Origin: a virus
DNA: 64,000 nucleotides
Direction: 5' to 3' (one strand)
IMG/VR virus record: IMGVR_UViG_3300033463_000089
Coordinates: 1-64,000 of that record
A model generated the notes under the pieces. That model searched no databases. It had not been told where the DNA came from and was given only the letters and a program-made list of their open reading frames with translations. The position numbers and the translations under genes are program-made. Below are positions 30,401 through 37,572 of the stretch, in pieces (position 1 is the stretch's first letter; each line of letters opens with the position of its first letter).

Positions 30401-33400
30401 GATTGCGCTGCTCTACCCACAACGGCAGGTAGTACGTCTGACGATCAATAGACTTCTCTACATCTTTGTTGGTGAGCATCTGGTGAAACTTGAACATCTC
30501 ACCTTCTGCAGCCTCCTTACCTTCCGTAATCTTATGACTCTCGTCATAGATAACAAGGTCAAAGCAATCTTCCAACAAAGCAAGGTTCTGACGAGCGTTC
30601 GCATAGGTTGTAACAACAACACCCTTGCCTTTGGCTTTTGTGGCCGAAGTTCCGGCTGCTTTTGCGGCAGTGTCAAGATCTTCGATGTTTAGGCCAAGAT
30701 TCAAACCATCCTTTTTCCAGTCTGACACCTTCTCCTGACTCGGCGTAAGGATAAGTACTCTACCCTTTCCCTGCTTTACAAAACGCTTGGCAATTCCAAG
30801 GCCGGTATATGTCTTACCCGTACCCGTGCCATTGGTAAACATATATCCCTTTCCGTTGCCGTGCTCGCGGTCTTGGTGAGTCTCGTCAAAGAACTGCGTC
30901 TCAGACCTAAGCACGTCTTCGTGCTGCTCTGGCAAAAGATACGGTAATGTCTCGCGGATATTATCAACATCTCCGGTCTTGACTTCGATACTTTCGGCAG
31001 CCTTCTGCTTCTCAAACTTAGTGCCCAAGTCCTCGCGGACAACCTCTCTCAGCTTCTCTTCACCGATAAAAGATGCCCACTCGCGGATGGTGCGTGTAAC
31101 TCCGTCTATATTATATTCGCAATTCCATACTTCATTAAGGTATTCATCTATTTCTGCATCGCTCCATTTCATATCCTCCTGGAGCCAGTCGTGGAAGTCT
31201 TCAAGCATCTGCTTGCGCCAACCATCAAACTCACGAATACCTTTGACAAGATACTGATAACCGAGGTTGGCACTCTCAGTGGTAATATCCATGAGAATAC
31301 CAATCTGCTCGTTATTCATGCCGACAAGGGAGATAGTTGATTCTCCGTTGCGGCCTGCTTTCTTGAAACGTTCTCTTAGCTCTGCGAGTCGCTGCTTGCT
31401 GGCTGCGATGGCGGCATCACTTCCTGCTGCAAGCTTTTGAGTATTTCCGTCGCTTCGTCCACTTCCTCTGGACTTACCCAGTTGATTTCCCTCGACACCA
31501 GGTCGCACGCCTCCTCCGGCCAGTACACCTCCGGAAGAAAGCCCAGCCAATTCGGATGACGATTCAGAAACTCCGCTATCGCCTCCCTCTCCAGATATAC
31601 CGGGTAAGCGTCCCTCACTATTCTCCACACGTTGCTGTGTGGGTTGCTCTTGTCTTTCTCCAATGCCTGCACCTTCGGTTTCAACCACGCTGCTATCTGG
31701 TCCTCCAGCTCGTCCAGGTCGTCGCCCTGCAGAATCCTCTCCGCTATCCAACTGTGTTCCACGTTCGGGTAGCTGGCCATTTCCCTCAATTCTTTCTCTG
31801 GTAGTTCTAACATCGTTATAAGTGTTTAAGTATGCTGCTTTTTGTAATACGCCTTGGTTCCCGTTGAGGTAAGCCTTGGCGAGTGTCTTTTGCACATCAG
31901 AGACGGATGAACCATCTATCTCGTCAATGGTAAGCGGCGTGTCTGCAAACGCATCGGCCTGCTCCTTGTCTGCCATCTGCTGAGGTGTCTCGTTGTGGGT
32001 AACGCCGATGGCCTCGTCCTGCTCCTTTCTGAACTCCGTTGCCGTTTCATCTATCTTTTTCATTGGGTCTACCTCGGCTTTCTCTGAGAACTTTTTCATC
32101 GCCTCTCTTGCAGCCTCGGCATTTTCTTTGGGAATAGTCCAGCCTTTTCCGGACTCCCATTCGCCACCCATTTTTTTGAACTCGTTGTAAAGGTCTGTAT
32201 AATCGTCAGAAGTGACCTTACCATCTTGGATAACATTCTCATCCGTGATAGTTATCGAGCCATTCTTGTTCTCTTTTACAGAGAAGATGTTTGGTTTTTC
32301 TTCGCCGGTATCGAAACTCGTCTGCTTACGCTCGTTATCCAAAGCACCGCGAACACGGCTGTCATGCTCTTCTTGCGATTTCAGCCTTTCAAGCCTCTGC
32401 TCTGCATCTGCTACGGCATCGCGCTCTGCCTTGGTTCGCTTTTCAACTCCCTCTGCAGAAGTGTCGAGACCCATTTCTTCGGAAGAGAAGATTTGGTCTT
32501 CACTCTCAAAGGCCTTGTCGTTGGCAAACATATCGGTGGCCCGCTCACTCTCTTTGTTCTGAGCCTTTGCAAGCGCACTCTTTGCTTGTCTTACCTCTTC
32601 CTCGGCAGCTTTGACTTCCTCGGCAAGCTTCGCTTCAACGTCGGAAACAATCTTTTCTTCCTTCTCGTTGCGTGGCTTTAGGTATTCGTCTCGCTCTGAG
32701 GATTCGGATTCTCGGCTTGATTCAGCACGTCCTTCACCTTGGCCATCATTGCCTCTTTCTGCGCTTTCTTGGCCAGGTTCTTTTCCTTCACCATCTGCGG
32801 GAACTCGCGCATGCTCCATATCTTGCGCTTCGTCCCGTCTTTCTCCGTTACTTCTATCATTGATATAATCCTTTATTGTTTGTACTCTCTTTCTCAGCTC
32901 TTCGGGAGTTAGGTCGCCGGAGTAAACGGTAATCTTGCCGGTTTCTTCATCGAAGAACACTCCCTCTTCAAGAGCATATCGCTTTACAGCTTCTATTTCT
33001 TCTTCTCCGATAAAGGCTCCGTCGTTGGCTTTTTCAGCAAGTTCTCTCCAAGTGTCTGCCGATACTCTGTCTGTATCAACAATCTTAATCTCTGGAGTAC
33101 CTTCTTCTTTCATCAAAGCCTCTGCTTCTTTGAGTAGCTTGGTGATGGGCGCGTCGGGAATATCTTCGTCTGTAGACTGAGCAAACGGCATTTCTTCTTC
33201 AATCTTTGCCACCTCTTCTGCTGACAGTTCTATTCTCTCGTTGCGCTCTGCCTCTTCCTTTAGTCTGGCTTGCTCGGCTTCCCATGCCTTCTGTGCTTTT
33301 TCGACGCGGTTGCGAAGAACATATTCGGTAATATCTTTTCCGCTTTCTGCTGACAAGAAGAGGTCGATGATTGCGTCGCCGATTTGCCGCTCGTCGAATC

Positions 33401-36400
33401 GCTTTCTATCTTCACCGTCTAAACCGTGAATAGTGTTCTCGTCGCTACGCCATACCTTATCAACAAACTCGTCGAAGCCCATGCCGGTGGTATCATCCTT
33501 ACCTTTGAAAAGATGTGCAAAGGCGTGGCCCTCGCTACCTCTTCTTCCACCAAACTCGGTATTGATACCTAACGCAGTCTTGAAGCCTCTGATGACGCCT
33601 CCAGCTCCATTTGGCTTGTCTTCCCAACTGAATTGTCTGCCAGTTCCAATGTTCAATGCAACAAGTTCTGTGGCATCGCCAGGAACATCTATATCATCAT
33701 TGAACGAAGGGCCGTACTTCTTCTTGTATCGTTCTACAAGCTGCTGCAGGCGTGACTTCAAAGAAGGCTTCTTTTCGGCCTCCGGCTGCTCACTTGCAAC
33801 CTTTGGTTGCAAAGGTACAACATTTTGAGGTTCGTTGTTCTCTACAGGCGCAACATTTAAGTTAGTTTCAGGCTTGTTTGCTTTCTCTAACTCTTTCTTG
33901 GCAGAAGTCCAATAGTCCACCTTCTGCTGTGCCTCAGCTTTCTGTGCGTCTATATTGTCCTGCTCTTTGGCTCTCTTAATGGGGTCGCTGCTCTTCGGTG
34001 TCAGCTTCTCTGCGGCCTTAACATCTTTCTCTGAGGCCTTAATCTTAGCGTCGACGGCATCAATCACGCGCTTCTTGTCGCCGTGATTAATCTCGTCCAA
34101 TGCGGATAATGTATCTTCTACGGGTGCTTGCTCCCACTGGTACTGAGGGTCGCCCTCTTCGTTAAGAACGTCCGCACCTTGTTCGTCTTTCAAGGTGGGT
34201 ATCTTGGAAATAGCAGTCTCTTGTTCTGGCACTACAGCACCTTCTTCTTGCCCTGGAGCCGGTTGCAAAACCTCATTTGTATTCTGTTCGCTTTCGCCCT
34301 GCTTTTCTTCTTCGGGGTTGACAAGGCCAGCTTCTACAGCTGTGTTGGAAGATTCCACCTGCAACTGCTCACGCACTCTGTTTGCGTACTCTTCTTTTGC
34401 CTCACGGCCTGCAATTGACATGGTGGCATCTGGCTTGGTAGGTAAAAATCGTCCATCCTTTGCTCTGAGGATAATCTGACCGCTTGACTTATCCGGGTCT
34501 ACACTTACTCCGTCTCGCGTACCTATATTACCATTCACAAGGATAAAGTTCTCTCCGTCTTTTGTAATGGTAATAATGTTTGCCTGGTCTGCTTCCTCGT
34601 CAATAGTTCCATGGAAAGACTTCTCGGTTACGTCTTGGGAAACCTGCTCGTCGATGTTCGCGCCGGTCTGTTCAATGTAACCGTCTTTCTTGGCTTTTGC
34701 ATTAGCATAGTCAGCCAGCTTTTCAAGGAAGTTGTCAACCTCCGGCCCGCTAAAGTTGTCGCGGATATACATATATATATCGTCCAGACGTGCGGATTCG
34801 CCAAGGGCTTCAAGTGCTTGTTGAATTTCCTCACTACGGGAGGCTGAGAGATAAGCATCGCGTGCGGCGTTATACTCTTGTGCCACCTGTGCAGCAGTCT
34901 CGGGATTCATAACACCACTACCGCCTGCAAGTGTTTCTCCGTCAATTCTTGATTGCTCGGTGTGCTTTTCACCTACGGGATAGGCGGCATCGTGAAGACG
35001 CTTTGCAAGCTCATTCATAAGGTCTTGTTCATCGTCTACACGTTCAATGGGTTTCTTGTGCATGATGTCGAGAACTTCCTCTACCGTCATATTGCACTCG
35101 TTAGCAAACTCAGCCACTATCTCGTTACCCCAATTTGCTTTCTCTCTTGCTCGGTCAAGAACAATATCGTAGCTCTTACCACCCGGCTCTACGTCTTGCG
35201 GACGAAGGCCCGGATTTACCTGCAGAAGTTCTTGTGCCGACTGACGAATCATTTCTTCGGTCGGGTCTGATACCTTAATCTTACTCAGTACACCATAGTC
35301 AGAAATCATATCATCGTTAGCGCGACGATCTTCAATCTGCTGGCGAATCTGCATGAGTTCGTTGACATCAGAATACTTGTGTACCTCTATCAATTCTCCC
35401 GTAGCAGAACGCTCGCTAATGGTCTTGTCTGTGCCGTTAATATTGATGTCCTTGGTACGAGGGCGGCTTGACTCACAGGCATTTTGCACCTGTGCAGACA
35501 CCTTCATGCGAGTAGTCCAAGGTATGTTTTGTCTATCAGACAGAATCTTGCCTACATTGTTAATATCCGATGCTATCTCTGCGAAATCCATACCGGCGAA
35601 AGCACGCTGTATAGATTCCCTATCCATATCATTGAGTTGTATAGGCGCGTTCTTCGACTGCTTAACGGAGAATATATCTTTCAGTTCGCGTCCTACGCCT
35701 TTAAGTCCGTGGCCGGACGAGAACTTAGAACCTATCTGCATATAGAAAGCGTCTGCTGCACTATCTACCCAATTAAAATTCTCTGGGTCAGATATATAGT
35801 CCAGGCCGGTGAAAATCTGGTTCTCCACCAAGAATGAACCACCATAGAAAGCCGCCTTTTTACCGATATTCTTCTGTCCTACCGTTCCTATCCTGCCTCC
35901 TAATTCATGTGCAGCTACGCCAAATGCACCAGTGGCAAAACCGAACTTAGCACCTTCCCATGCTCCTTCAAGTGCAGCGTGACCGATTGACGAAAGTGTG
36001 CCATCGCCCGTTGACATTTCCTGCAAGGCACTTGAACCTCCCATGAATGTTGACATTGAGCCAGCACCTCTTAACATGGCATTGGTATAGATACCACCAT
36101 ATTTAACTACCTTGCTAACGTTTGCGGCAAGGAACGGGCTTCCCGTTGCAACTATATGGCCAAGTTCCTTCTGTCCCAAACTTGCTATGGCGGAACCTAT
36201 GGCTTTAGTACCAAACTCGCCTACCGTGCCGGTTACCATAAGAACAGGTGCATCTGGTGCGAACATAGCAACACTACCAGCCATTCTTGCACCAATACCG
36301 GCGTTATAATGCTTTCCTTTTCCTTCTTCCGTCTTAAATAGTTCCTCATTGCGCATCCTGCGCTCCATCTTTGACATGGTAGACATTCCTGCAAGTGTTC

Positions 36401-37559
36401 CTATTACGGAGTTGCTCATCTTGCGAGTAAGGTAGTCTGCCACGTCCTTGACAGAATACTTCTCTTCCATGTGCTTCTGGAATCCCTGCGCAATACCTTC
36501 GCTTACCTGCGGTATAAACTCCTGCCATACGAAGTCTTCTACAGGCATACCAAGACGTGCGGCACTTGCTTCTATCAAGTCTCTGTTTTGTTCTACAAGT
36601 CCGTTGGCAAAGTCCGTTGCCTCGCCAGTGCTATTGCCGAAGAAATCGGGTCTTGAATCAAGCTTTGCACCATAACGCTTGTTTAGTGCATCCAAAAGGC
36701 TTTCTGGGCTTGTGATACTAGAAGTCTTCGCCAATTCCGGCGACATAACATTAGTGTCGAGGTTCTTTCCTTCAAGGCCCTTTTTCAATATGTCACGACC
36801 TTGCTTTTCAAGTTCATCTTGAAGTCCAAGGATTGCACCATTTACTGCAGGGTTGATGGCCTGTTTCTGCAACTGCTTGCGGATAACCTCTCTTTCTTGT
36901 TGCTGATACTGCGCCACACGCTGCTCGTCAGTGGTCTGCCCCATCAGCATTTGCCCGCTTTCGTCTCTTACGGCGGTAGGTGCTGTCACGGGTGTATTGA
37001 CGATGTTTGCAAGCGGTTTTCCTGTAGCTTCGTAGTACTCGCGCTCTTGCTGCATACGCTGAACGGCAGTATCAAGACCGCTTTCCTTGGCGGCTTTCTT
37101 GTCGCCCTTGATGGCCTTATCTAACTGCTGAACGGTGTTTTTCTTTTGCTCAACGGCTTTACCTGTCTGCGGGTTAATGGGCTGGCCTTTTGCAGTACCC
37201 CACGACGAAGCACCTTTGCCCATAGCCATTTGGTTGGCCTGCTGCAAATCCAACTCACCGAAACCTTCCGGAATTGGCGAAGGCTTCTGTTGGGTAGCTT
37301 GTGGTTTCTGCTGAGGCTTCGCCGGTTGCTGTGGTTTGGTTGCGAAATCGGTGCTTATGCTACCGAAGAAATCGTCCTCGGAGCCTATCTCATTCTCGTC
37401 AAAGATACCGCTTTTGATTAGATTTTGATGGAATTGTCTTGATGATTTCTCATCTTTAATGGCATTCTTAAAGTCGTTAAGACTGCCGATCTGACTTTCA
37501 TCAACCTTTCCAGAACCAATAAGGTTGCGATACAACTGCTCTCTCTTATCTTGTGCCAT
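21498..37559 (-). CDS. Giant multi-domain 'polyvalent' protein (5,353 aa): helicase + N6-MTase + kinase-like + HExxH peptidase; DarB-like injected-cargo candidate
   Basis: Single uninterrupted ORF. Motifs read directly from the translation are listed in the sub-features. A late-type promoter lies at 38595-38636. Confidence 0.85.
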   Translation of the reverse strand: MAQDKREQLYRNLIGSGKVDESQIGSLNDFKNAIKDEKSSRQFHQNLIKSGIFDENEIGSEDDFFGSISTDFATKPQQPAKPQQKPQATQQKPSPIPEGFGELDLQQANQMAMGKGASSWGTAKGQPINPQTGKAVEQKKNTVQQLDKAIKGDKKAAKESGLDTAVQRMQQEREYYEATGKPLANIVNTPVTAPTAVRDESGQMLMGQTTDEQRVAQYQQQEREVIRKQLQKQAINPAVNGAILGLQDELEKQGRDILKKGLEGKNLDTNVMSPELAKTSSITSPESLLDALNKRYGAKLDSRPDFFGNSTGEATDFANGLVEQNRDLIEASAARLGMPVEDFVWQEFIPQVSEGIAQGFQKHMEEKYSVKDVADYLTRKMSNSVIGTLAGMSTMSKMERRMRNEELFKTEEGKGKHYNAGIGARMAGSVAMFAPDAPVLMVTGTVGEFGTKAIGSAIASLGQKELGHIVATGSPFLAANVSKVVKYGGIYTNAMLRGAGSMSTFMGGSSALQEMSTGDGTLSSIGHAALEGAWEGAKFGFATGAFGVAAHELGGRIGTVGQKNIGKKAAFYGGSFLVENQIFTGLDYISDPENFNWVDSAADAFYMQIGSKFSSGHGLKGVGRELKDIFSVKQSKNAPIQLNDMDRESIQRAFAGMDFAEIASDINNVGKILSDRQNIPWTTRMKVSAQVQNACESSRPRTKDININGTDKTISERSATGELIEVHKYSDVNELMQIRQQIEDRRANDDMISDYGVLSKIKVSDPTEEMIRQSAQELLQVNPGLRPQDVEPGGKSYDIVLDRAREKANWGNEIVAEFANECNMTVEEVLDIMHKKPIERVDDEQDLMNELAKRLHDAAYPVGEKHTEQSRIDGETLAGGSGVMNPETAAQVAQEYNAARDAYLSASRSEEIQQALEALGESARLDDIYMYIRDNFSGPEVDNFLEKLADYANAKAKKDGYIEQTGANIDEQVSQDVTEKSFHGTIDEEADQANIITITKDGENFILVNGNIGTRDGVSVDPDKSSGQIILRAKDGRFLPTKPDATMSIAGREAKEEYANRVREQLQVESSNTAVEAGLVNPEEEKQGESEQNTNEVLQPAPGQEEGAVVPEQETAISKIPTLKDEQGADVLNEEGDPQYQWEQAPVEDTLSALDEINHGDKKRVIDAVDAKIKASEKDVKAAEKLTPKSSDPIKRAKEQDNIDAQKAEAQQKVDYWTSAKKELEKANKPETNLNVAPVENNEPQNVVPLQPKVASEQPEAEKKPSLKSRLQQLVERYKKKYGPSFNDDIDVPGDATELVALNIGTGRQFSWEDKPNGAGGVIRGFKTALGINTEFGGRRGSEGHAFAHLFKGKDDTTGMGFDEFVDKVWRSDENTIHGLDGEDRKRFDERQIGDAIIDLFLSAESGKDITEYVLRNRVEKAQKAWEAEQARLKEEAERNERIELSAEEVAKIEEEMPFAQSTDEDIPDAPITKLLKEAEALMKEEGTPEIKIVDTDRVSADTWRELAEKANDGAFIGEEEIEAVKRYALEEGVFFDEETGKITVYSGDLTPEELRKRVQTIKDYINDRSNGERRDEAQDMEHARVPADGEGKEPGQESAERGNDGQGEGRAESSRESESSERDEYLKPRNEKEEKIVSDVEAKLAEEVKAAEEEVRQAKSALAKAQNKESERATDMFANDKAFESEDQIFSSEEMGLDTSAEGVEKRTKAERDAVADAEQRLERLKSQEEHDSRVRGALDNERKQTSFDTGEEKPNIFSVKENKNGSITITDENVIQDGKVTSDDYTDLYNEFKKMGGEWESGKGWTIPKENAEAAREAMKKFSEKAEVDPMKKIDETATEFRKEQDEAIGVTHNETPQQMADKEQADAFADTPLTIDEIDGSSVSDVQKTLAKAYLNGNQGVLQKAAYLNTYNDVRTTRERIEGNGQLPERGTQLDSGEDSAGRRPGRAGGPDSSVVETEGAGIGERQEQPTQQRVENSEGRLPGISGEGGDSGVSESSSELAGLSSGGVLAGGGVRPGVEGNQLGKSRGSGRSDGNTQKLAAGSDAAIAASKQRLAELRERFKKAGRNGESTISLVGMNNEQIGILMDITTESANLGYQYLVKGIREFDGWRKQMLEDFHDWLQEDMKWSDAEIDEYLNEVWNCEYNIDGVTRTIREWASFIGEEKLREVVREDLGTKFEKQKAAESIEVKTGDVDNIRETLPYLLPEQHEDVLRSETQFFDETHQDREHGNGKGYMFTNGTGTGKTYTGLGIAKRFVKQGKGRVLILTPSQEKVSDWKKDGLNLGLNIEDLDTAAKAAGTSATKAKGKGVVVTTYANARQNLALLEDCFDLVIYDESHKITEGKEAAEGEMFKFHQMLTNKDVEKSIDRQTYYLPLWVEQRNLRKEFEENAAKIEELDDKDYLSKEDEALKDRLNKRQLEVQQRLAEIPAEQQPIRESKRAQAEIDSKVTKTVFLSATPFNTRENLKYAEGYIFSYPEEDKETIGTYNHRSPEEAFLEQTFPGGYRWRYGRLESHISNQEALGRQEIDFSDYLQNNLQTMSGRMIDSEWDYSRDFPVLTLDHAGRFNQAMSEVYRNKKYQPLAETFRKAFDYNYSTALFEAMKTSLVIDRIKEHLKRGQKVVVFHRRRTSGDLEPPFERALTMARIEAEAMQDQHKKSELLSAIHAFETDFKDMLQWEQTLDYTLPRDQIAKVFGEKNIGFFSGAENKKTKHTSVEDFMKDNGGKDIIVIQEASGKEGISLHDQTGEHQRVEINLALPQSPIAFIQIEGRIYRIGQKSNAVFEYPLLGLDLETSLFAQKFNSALGTTENLALGSKARNLRQSIANAVLENSGEIDYERQGFGGKDMDGQVASRGVKDGFDVAISDYYGNQKMKRGRDNREGVDYFPTPEPIGWKMVEWAQLLDEESVLEPSAGHGAIARYVPETNPLTAVEPSAALFSRLQMRAGGPGRKFEEKTFEDYPLQNKHDAILMNPPYGVGGKTAMEHVGKAFKHLNEGGRLIAIIPDGPATEKRVDAWLASTGYDGVNGSAVVIGEVKLPDVAFGRAGTSVRTRILVIDKVSREEMRRKAPQKVTFDISNAKTVEDMFEQLRTVRMPERTIDQVAINTKKALKTKKALESNPFTSDFNIYGDLLVVRSRSRYDVAEIRLDLNNPSMQSALIWYKNLKQTMENPEELEYGKYNNKTYGRGKDKIPAIDAIKDYCQQAIKTLENVMGVTADQMDRMVRERDEETRRRIQEREAETERIRQEKRERINTIAETAVRENPNNSSLTEDGIRMNIVAAHSNDFRLSERSKNILRNAGIDWQTGEKLDLNEPVNARTSTVVEQIRDIAQRGAQPKSDYQYKLDKNTRTGDDMHLVSYNGARLSDNDYRAVERRAKAYDGYYNRFKKAFHFKTEEDARKFADSLNGTTQEPGTTTRFRLREKEEPKKTQKVYKLMRLGEDGKLYPLFIDSANPTELGKWYDADSPDMSILKKMPEGTFIVDYANGTYKTLEEYAKEKGVKVGKNPSVDMINEAAANGQRFVRISATERGQRRYEGENRKYMNIGINGSGQVGEFAMRPGWHAGSLPSMRQIGKGRDRNLRDDKFVWVEGEVPADKNYQNEANMNPDKDIPTHIPEDGFYMKATNANKEASQADRIGWYVAGAFKANRIMSDREARKVIDDWNEEHPDQKVEYDFDRESGKEFNAETMQLEDKPTTRFRKREKTEQKLNNERKDEKSEDLFLSLPQKEGEQYNETVNELASRVVSGRARLGREDTESGRTGLTAAHIGAEIISADKGGVPAAASIRAEHDADKPVRAQIEKSVEDWAKASGYWKEEDEFAKSSYDGKMLTKGGESRVYLSPDGKTITKFNDPYQRNDGGLLKALRNIEVFNKLFPESAYKVVGFSRDKEGRFNVVVEQPFIQGKQYSMEEYFQNGIDKKVEQYFEERGMSDIYGDGLEFGNEKYYVKDTHHGNIVEQKDGSVVVIDANAKYNEQYKGDVYGKDGFMLEDVEETETRMRSRGSENTIDADFRRKEEAGRKLAKKLNVDFEAITSPDQIKNKDVKDAIAAGKEVPGWVEIGEDGKKKIYLYLPHVKDTYDAEKTIAHETIGHYGFRELLGEKAYKSYMRSLLFDLKNEELSKYMEENLAKNGFDTYRTIDEFLADAAEKGYGDLSMWQKVKNVMTDALRSVGFTMSPSISDVKYMVWLSKHNLEKGNVMNQIEREALLYKLGQEKYEAKVKNGEFAYDSEGAADNTESYVPYFPGSGKTLFRHTPSVKNQRRNYERSLKRIGYVWKEAHIDAMQSAIELMRSISGVKKIEDIPSAENFVLLENQMSSKEEQLDFLFNRDYMEPLDKAVAAILPDMGKGVDEQLKNLQLYMIKKHGLERNRVLFVRDSLRDIRNTDKTKADQLEQDYLVTMNDLRDELRRGDIDLREYFEEVDNWIKHNLPEYKVGDKDYSGLTDLYGVWDQTVDSDAIDEVMSIESMLGDARVKNLWDKTKAVSQFGLDTEYEGGIDSKEKHDKVSQMFEWYVPLRGYNEKTAEEVYDYLEEHGSDRKWAGPVLMNAKGRESLADIDVFAALGAMSSNAINRALRNQMKQAFARFVRNHYNEVEADNRLVTELSYLWAEKQYNPAGNEIWVEKFPDIPEGAKADDIAQIIEQYNQDMKTKQAAGDAKRVRQNSNIPFRPADREHKAQHIVDVWINGEKHSFIINGSPRAAQAINGQLKAERRGNFAYMSSIKNVIAKLATSYNPDFIISNAERDAIFSASAIGIKESSKYFAQWVVNYFGRGFGRVAAGVPLMKTNLFNRYKKGELNMSNPTDRYFSEFMKNGGETGWVESKNIDKWKKLVKENVNTIRNRVTKEDWQSLKSGKLTASDVGRKLVRGGKDIFDLLPHAIEVMNERAENMARFATYMTSRQMGRSITRSVSDAKEVSVNFNRKGAGYKTRDVNKDGSVLQRMNALVAARTAQYGQDYIMFYNAGVQGLNNAAKLFRDHTIKASTVFTGFALGAFIMSWINQGLIDSEDEDKRGGIKNPYAELPEYIRRNNLCLYIGKGQFLYCALPIELRAMYGIGDMAAGYTEYPDLKSEKPVWKDVTTQLTQILPIDFMGEHPGNPLVNFTPSAARPILEIGFNENYYGRPIEKENYGNDSKPRHTRAYRSVNKAYMSLAKKWNAATNDYSEEKLKKLGVDEEMISEADYNQKGLDGWLTDPSIAQHIVESYFAGLGKTAGNLAHVYRMIKEDNSTLRDVVSSDKTPILRKFHYSPTEQNKQARTRNKWYYYKDQLQDFKTQMNSLKEFGAKDPIAKMKEISIADSIKATKMEIMSDSLKAYNKQKKICDDPKKTESQKEAAQMRMDQIMENTVRGLDKIQ
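25200..25397 (-). other. Giant ORF segment: HExxH zinc-metallopeptidase-like motif (aa ~4055-4120)
   Basis: TIAHETIGHYGFRE, with HETIGH at 25281-25298. Confidence 0.5.
25605..26066 (-). other. Giant ORF segment: protein-kinase-like fold (aa ~3832-3985)
   Basis: GGESRVYLSPDGKTITKF (Gly-loop/Lys-like), then YVKDTHHGNIV (25692-25709, catalytic-loop-like D..N) and VVIDAN (DFG-like). Confidence 0.5.
28380..28922 (-). other. Giant ORF segment: N6-adenine-type DNA methyltransferase (aa ~2880-3060)
   Basis: Motif I VLEPSAGHGAIA (~28800-28830) and motif IV NPPY (28626-28637). Confidence 0.75.
29160..30962 (-). other. Giant ORF segment: SF2 (SNF2/DExH-like) helicase (aa ~2200-2800)
   Basis: Walker A GTGTGKT (30810-30830), Walker B DESH (30534-30545) and motif VI QIEGRIYRIGQ (29220-29252). 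Confidence 0.8.
31376..31813 (-). CDS. Candidate overprinted ORF (145 aa, +1 frame inside the giant ORF)
   Basis: ATG 31811-31813, stop 31376-31378. The product is acidic, Trp-rich and globular-looking. The giant frame is low-complexity exactly over this span. See findings. Confidence 0.3.
   Translation of the reverse strand: MLELPEKELREMASYPNVEHSWIAERILQGDDLDELEDQIAAWLKPKVQALEKDKSNPHSNVWRIVRDAYPVYLEREAIAEFLNRHPNWLGFLPEVYWPEEACDLVSREINWVSPEEVDEATEILKSLQQEVMPPSQPASSDSQS
35805..36413 (-). other. Giant ORF segment: Gly/Ala-rich hydrophobic region (aa ~383-585)
   Basis: GIGARMAGSVAMFAPDAPVLMVTGTVGEFG...GAGSMSTFMGGSS...GFATGAFGVAAHELGG. Glycine-zipper-like, as in membrane-inserting ejection or tape-measure segments. 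Confidence 0.5.
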
Positions 37560-37572
37560 AGCTTTCTGTTAT

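Noticed and set aside
32678-32860. Second +1-frame ORF (60 aa) over another low-complexity linker of the giant gene.
   Set aside because: The segment is short and purine-rich, and any frame there gives K/E/R-rich peptide. It has nothing like the length or globular character of the 31376-31813 ORF. It is worth including only as a control in a dual-coding test.
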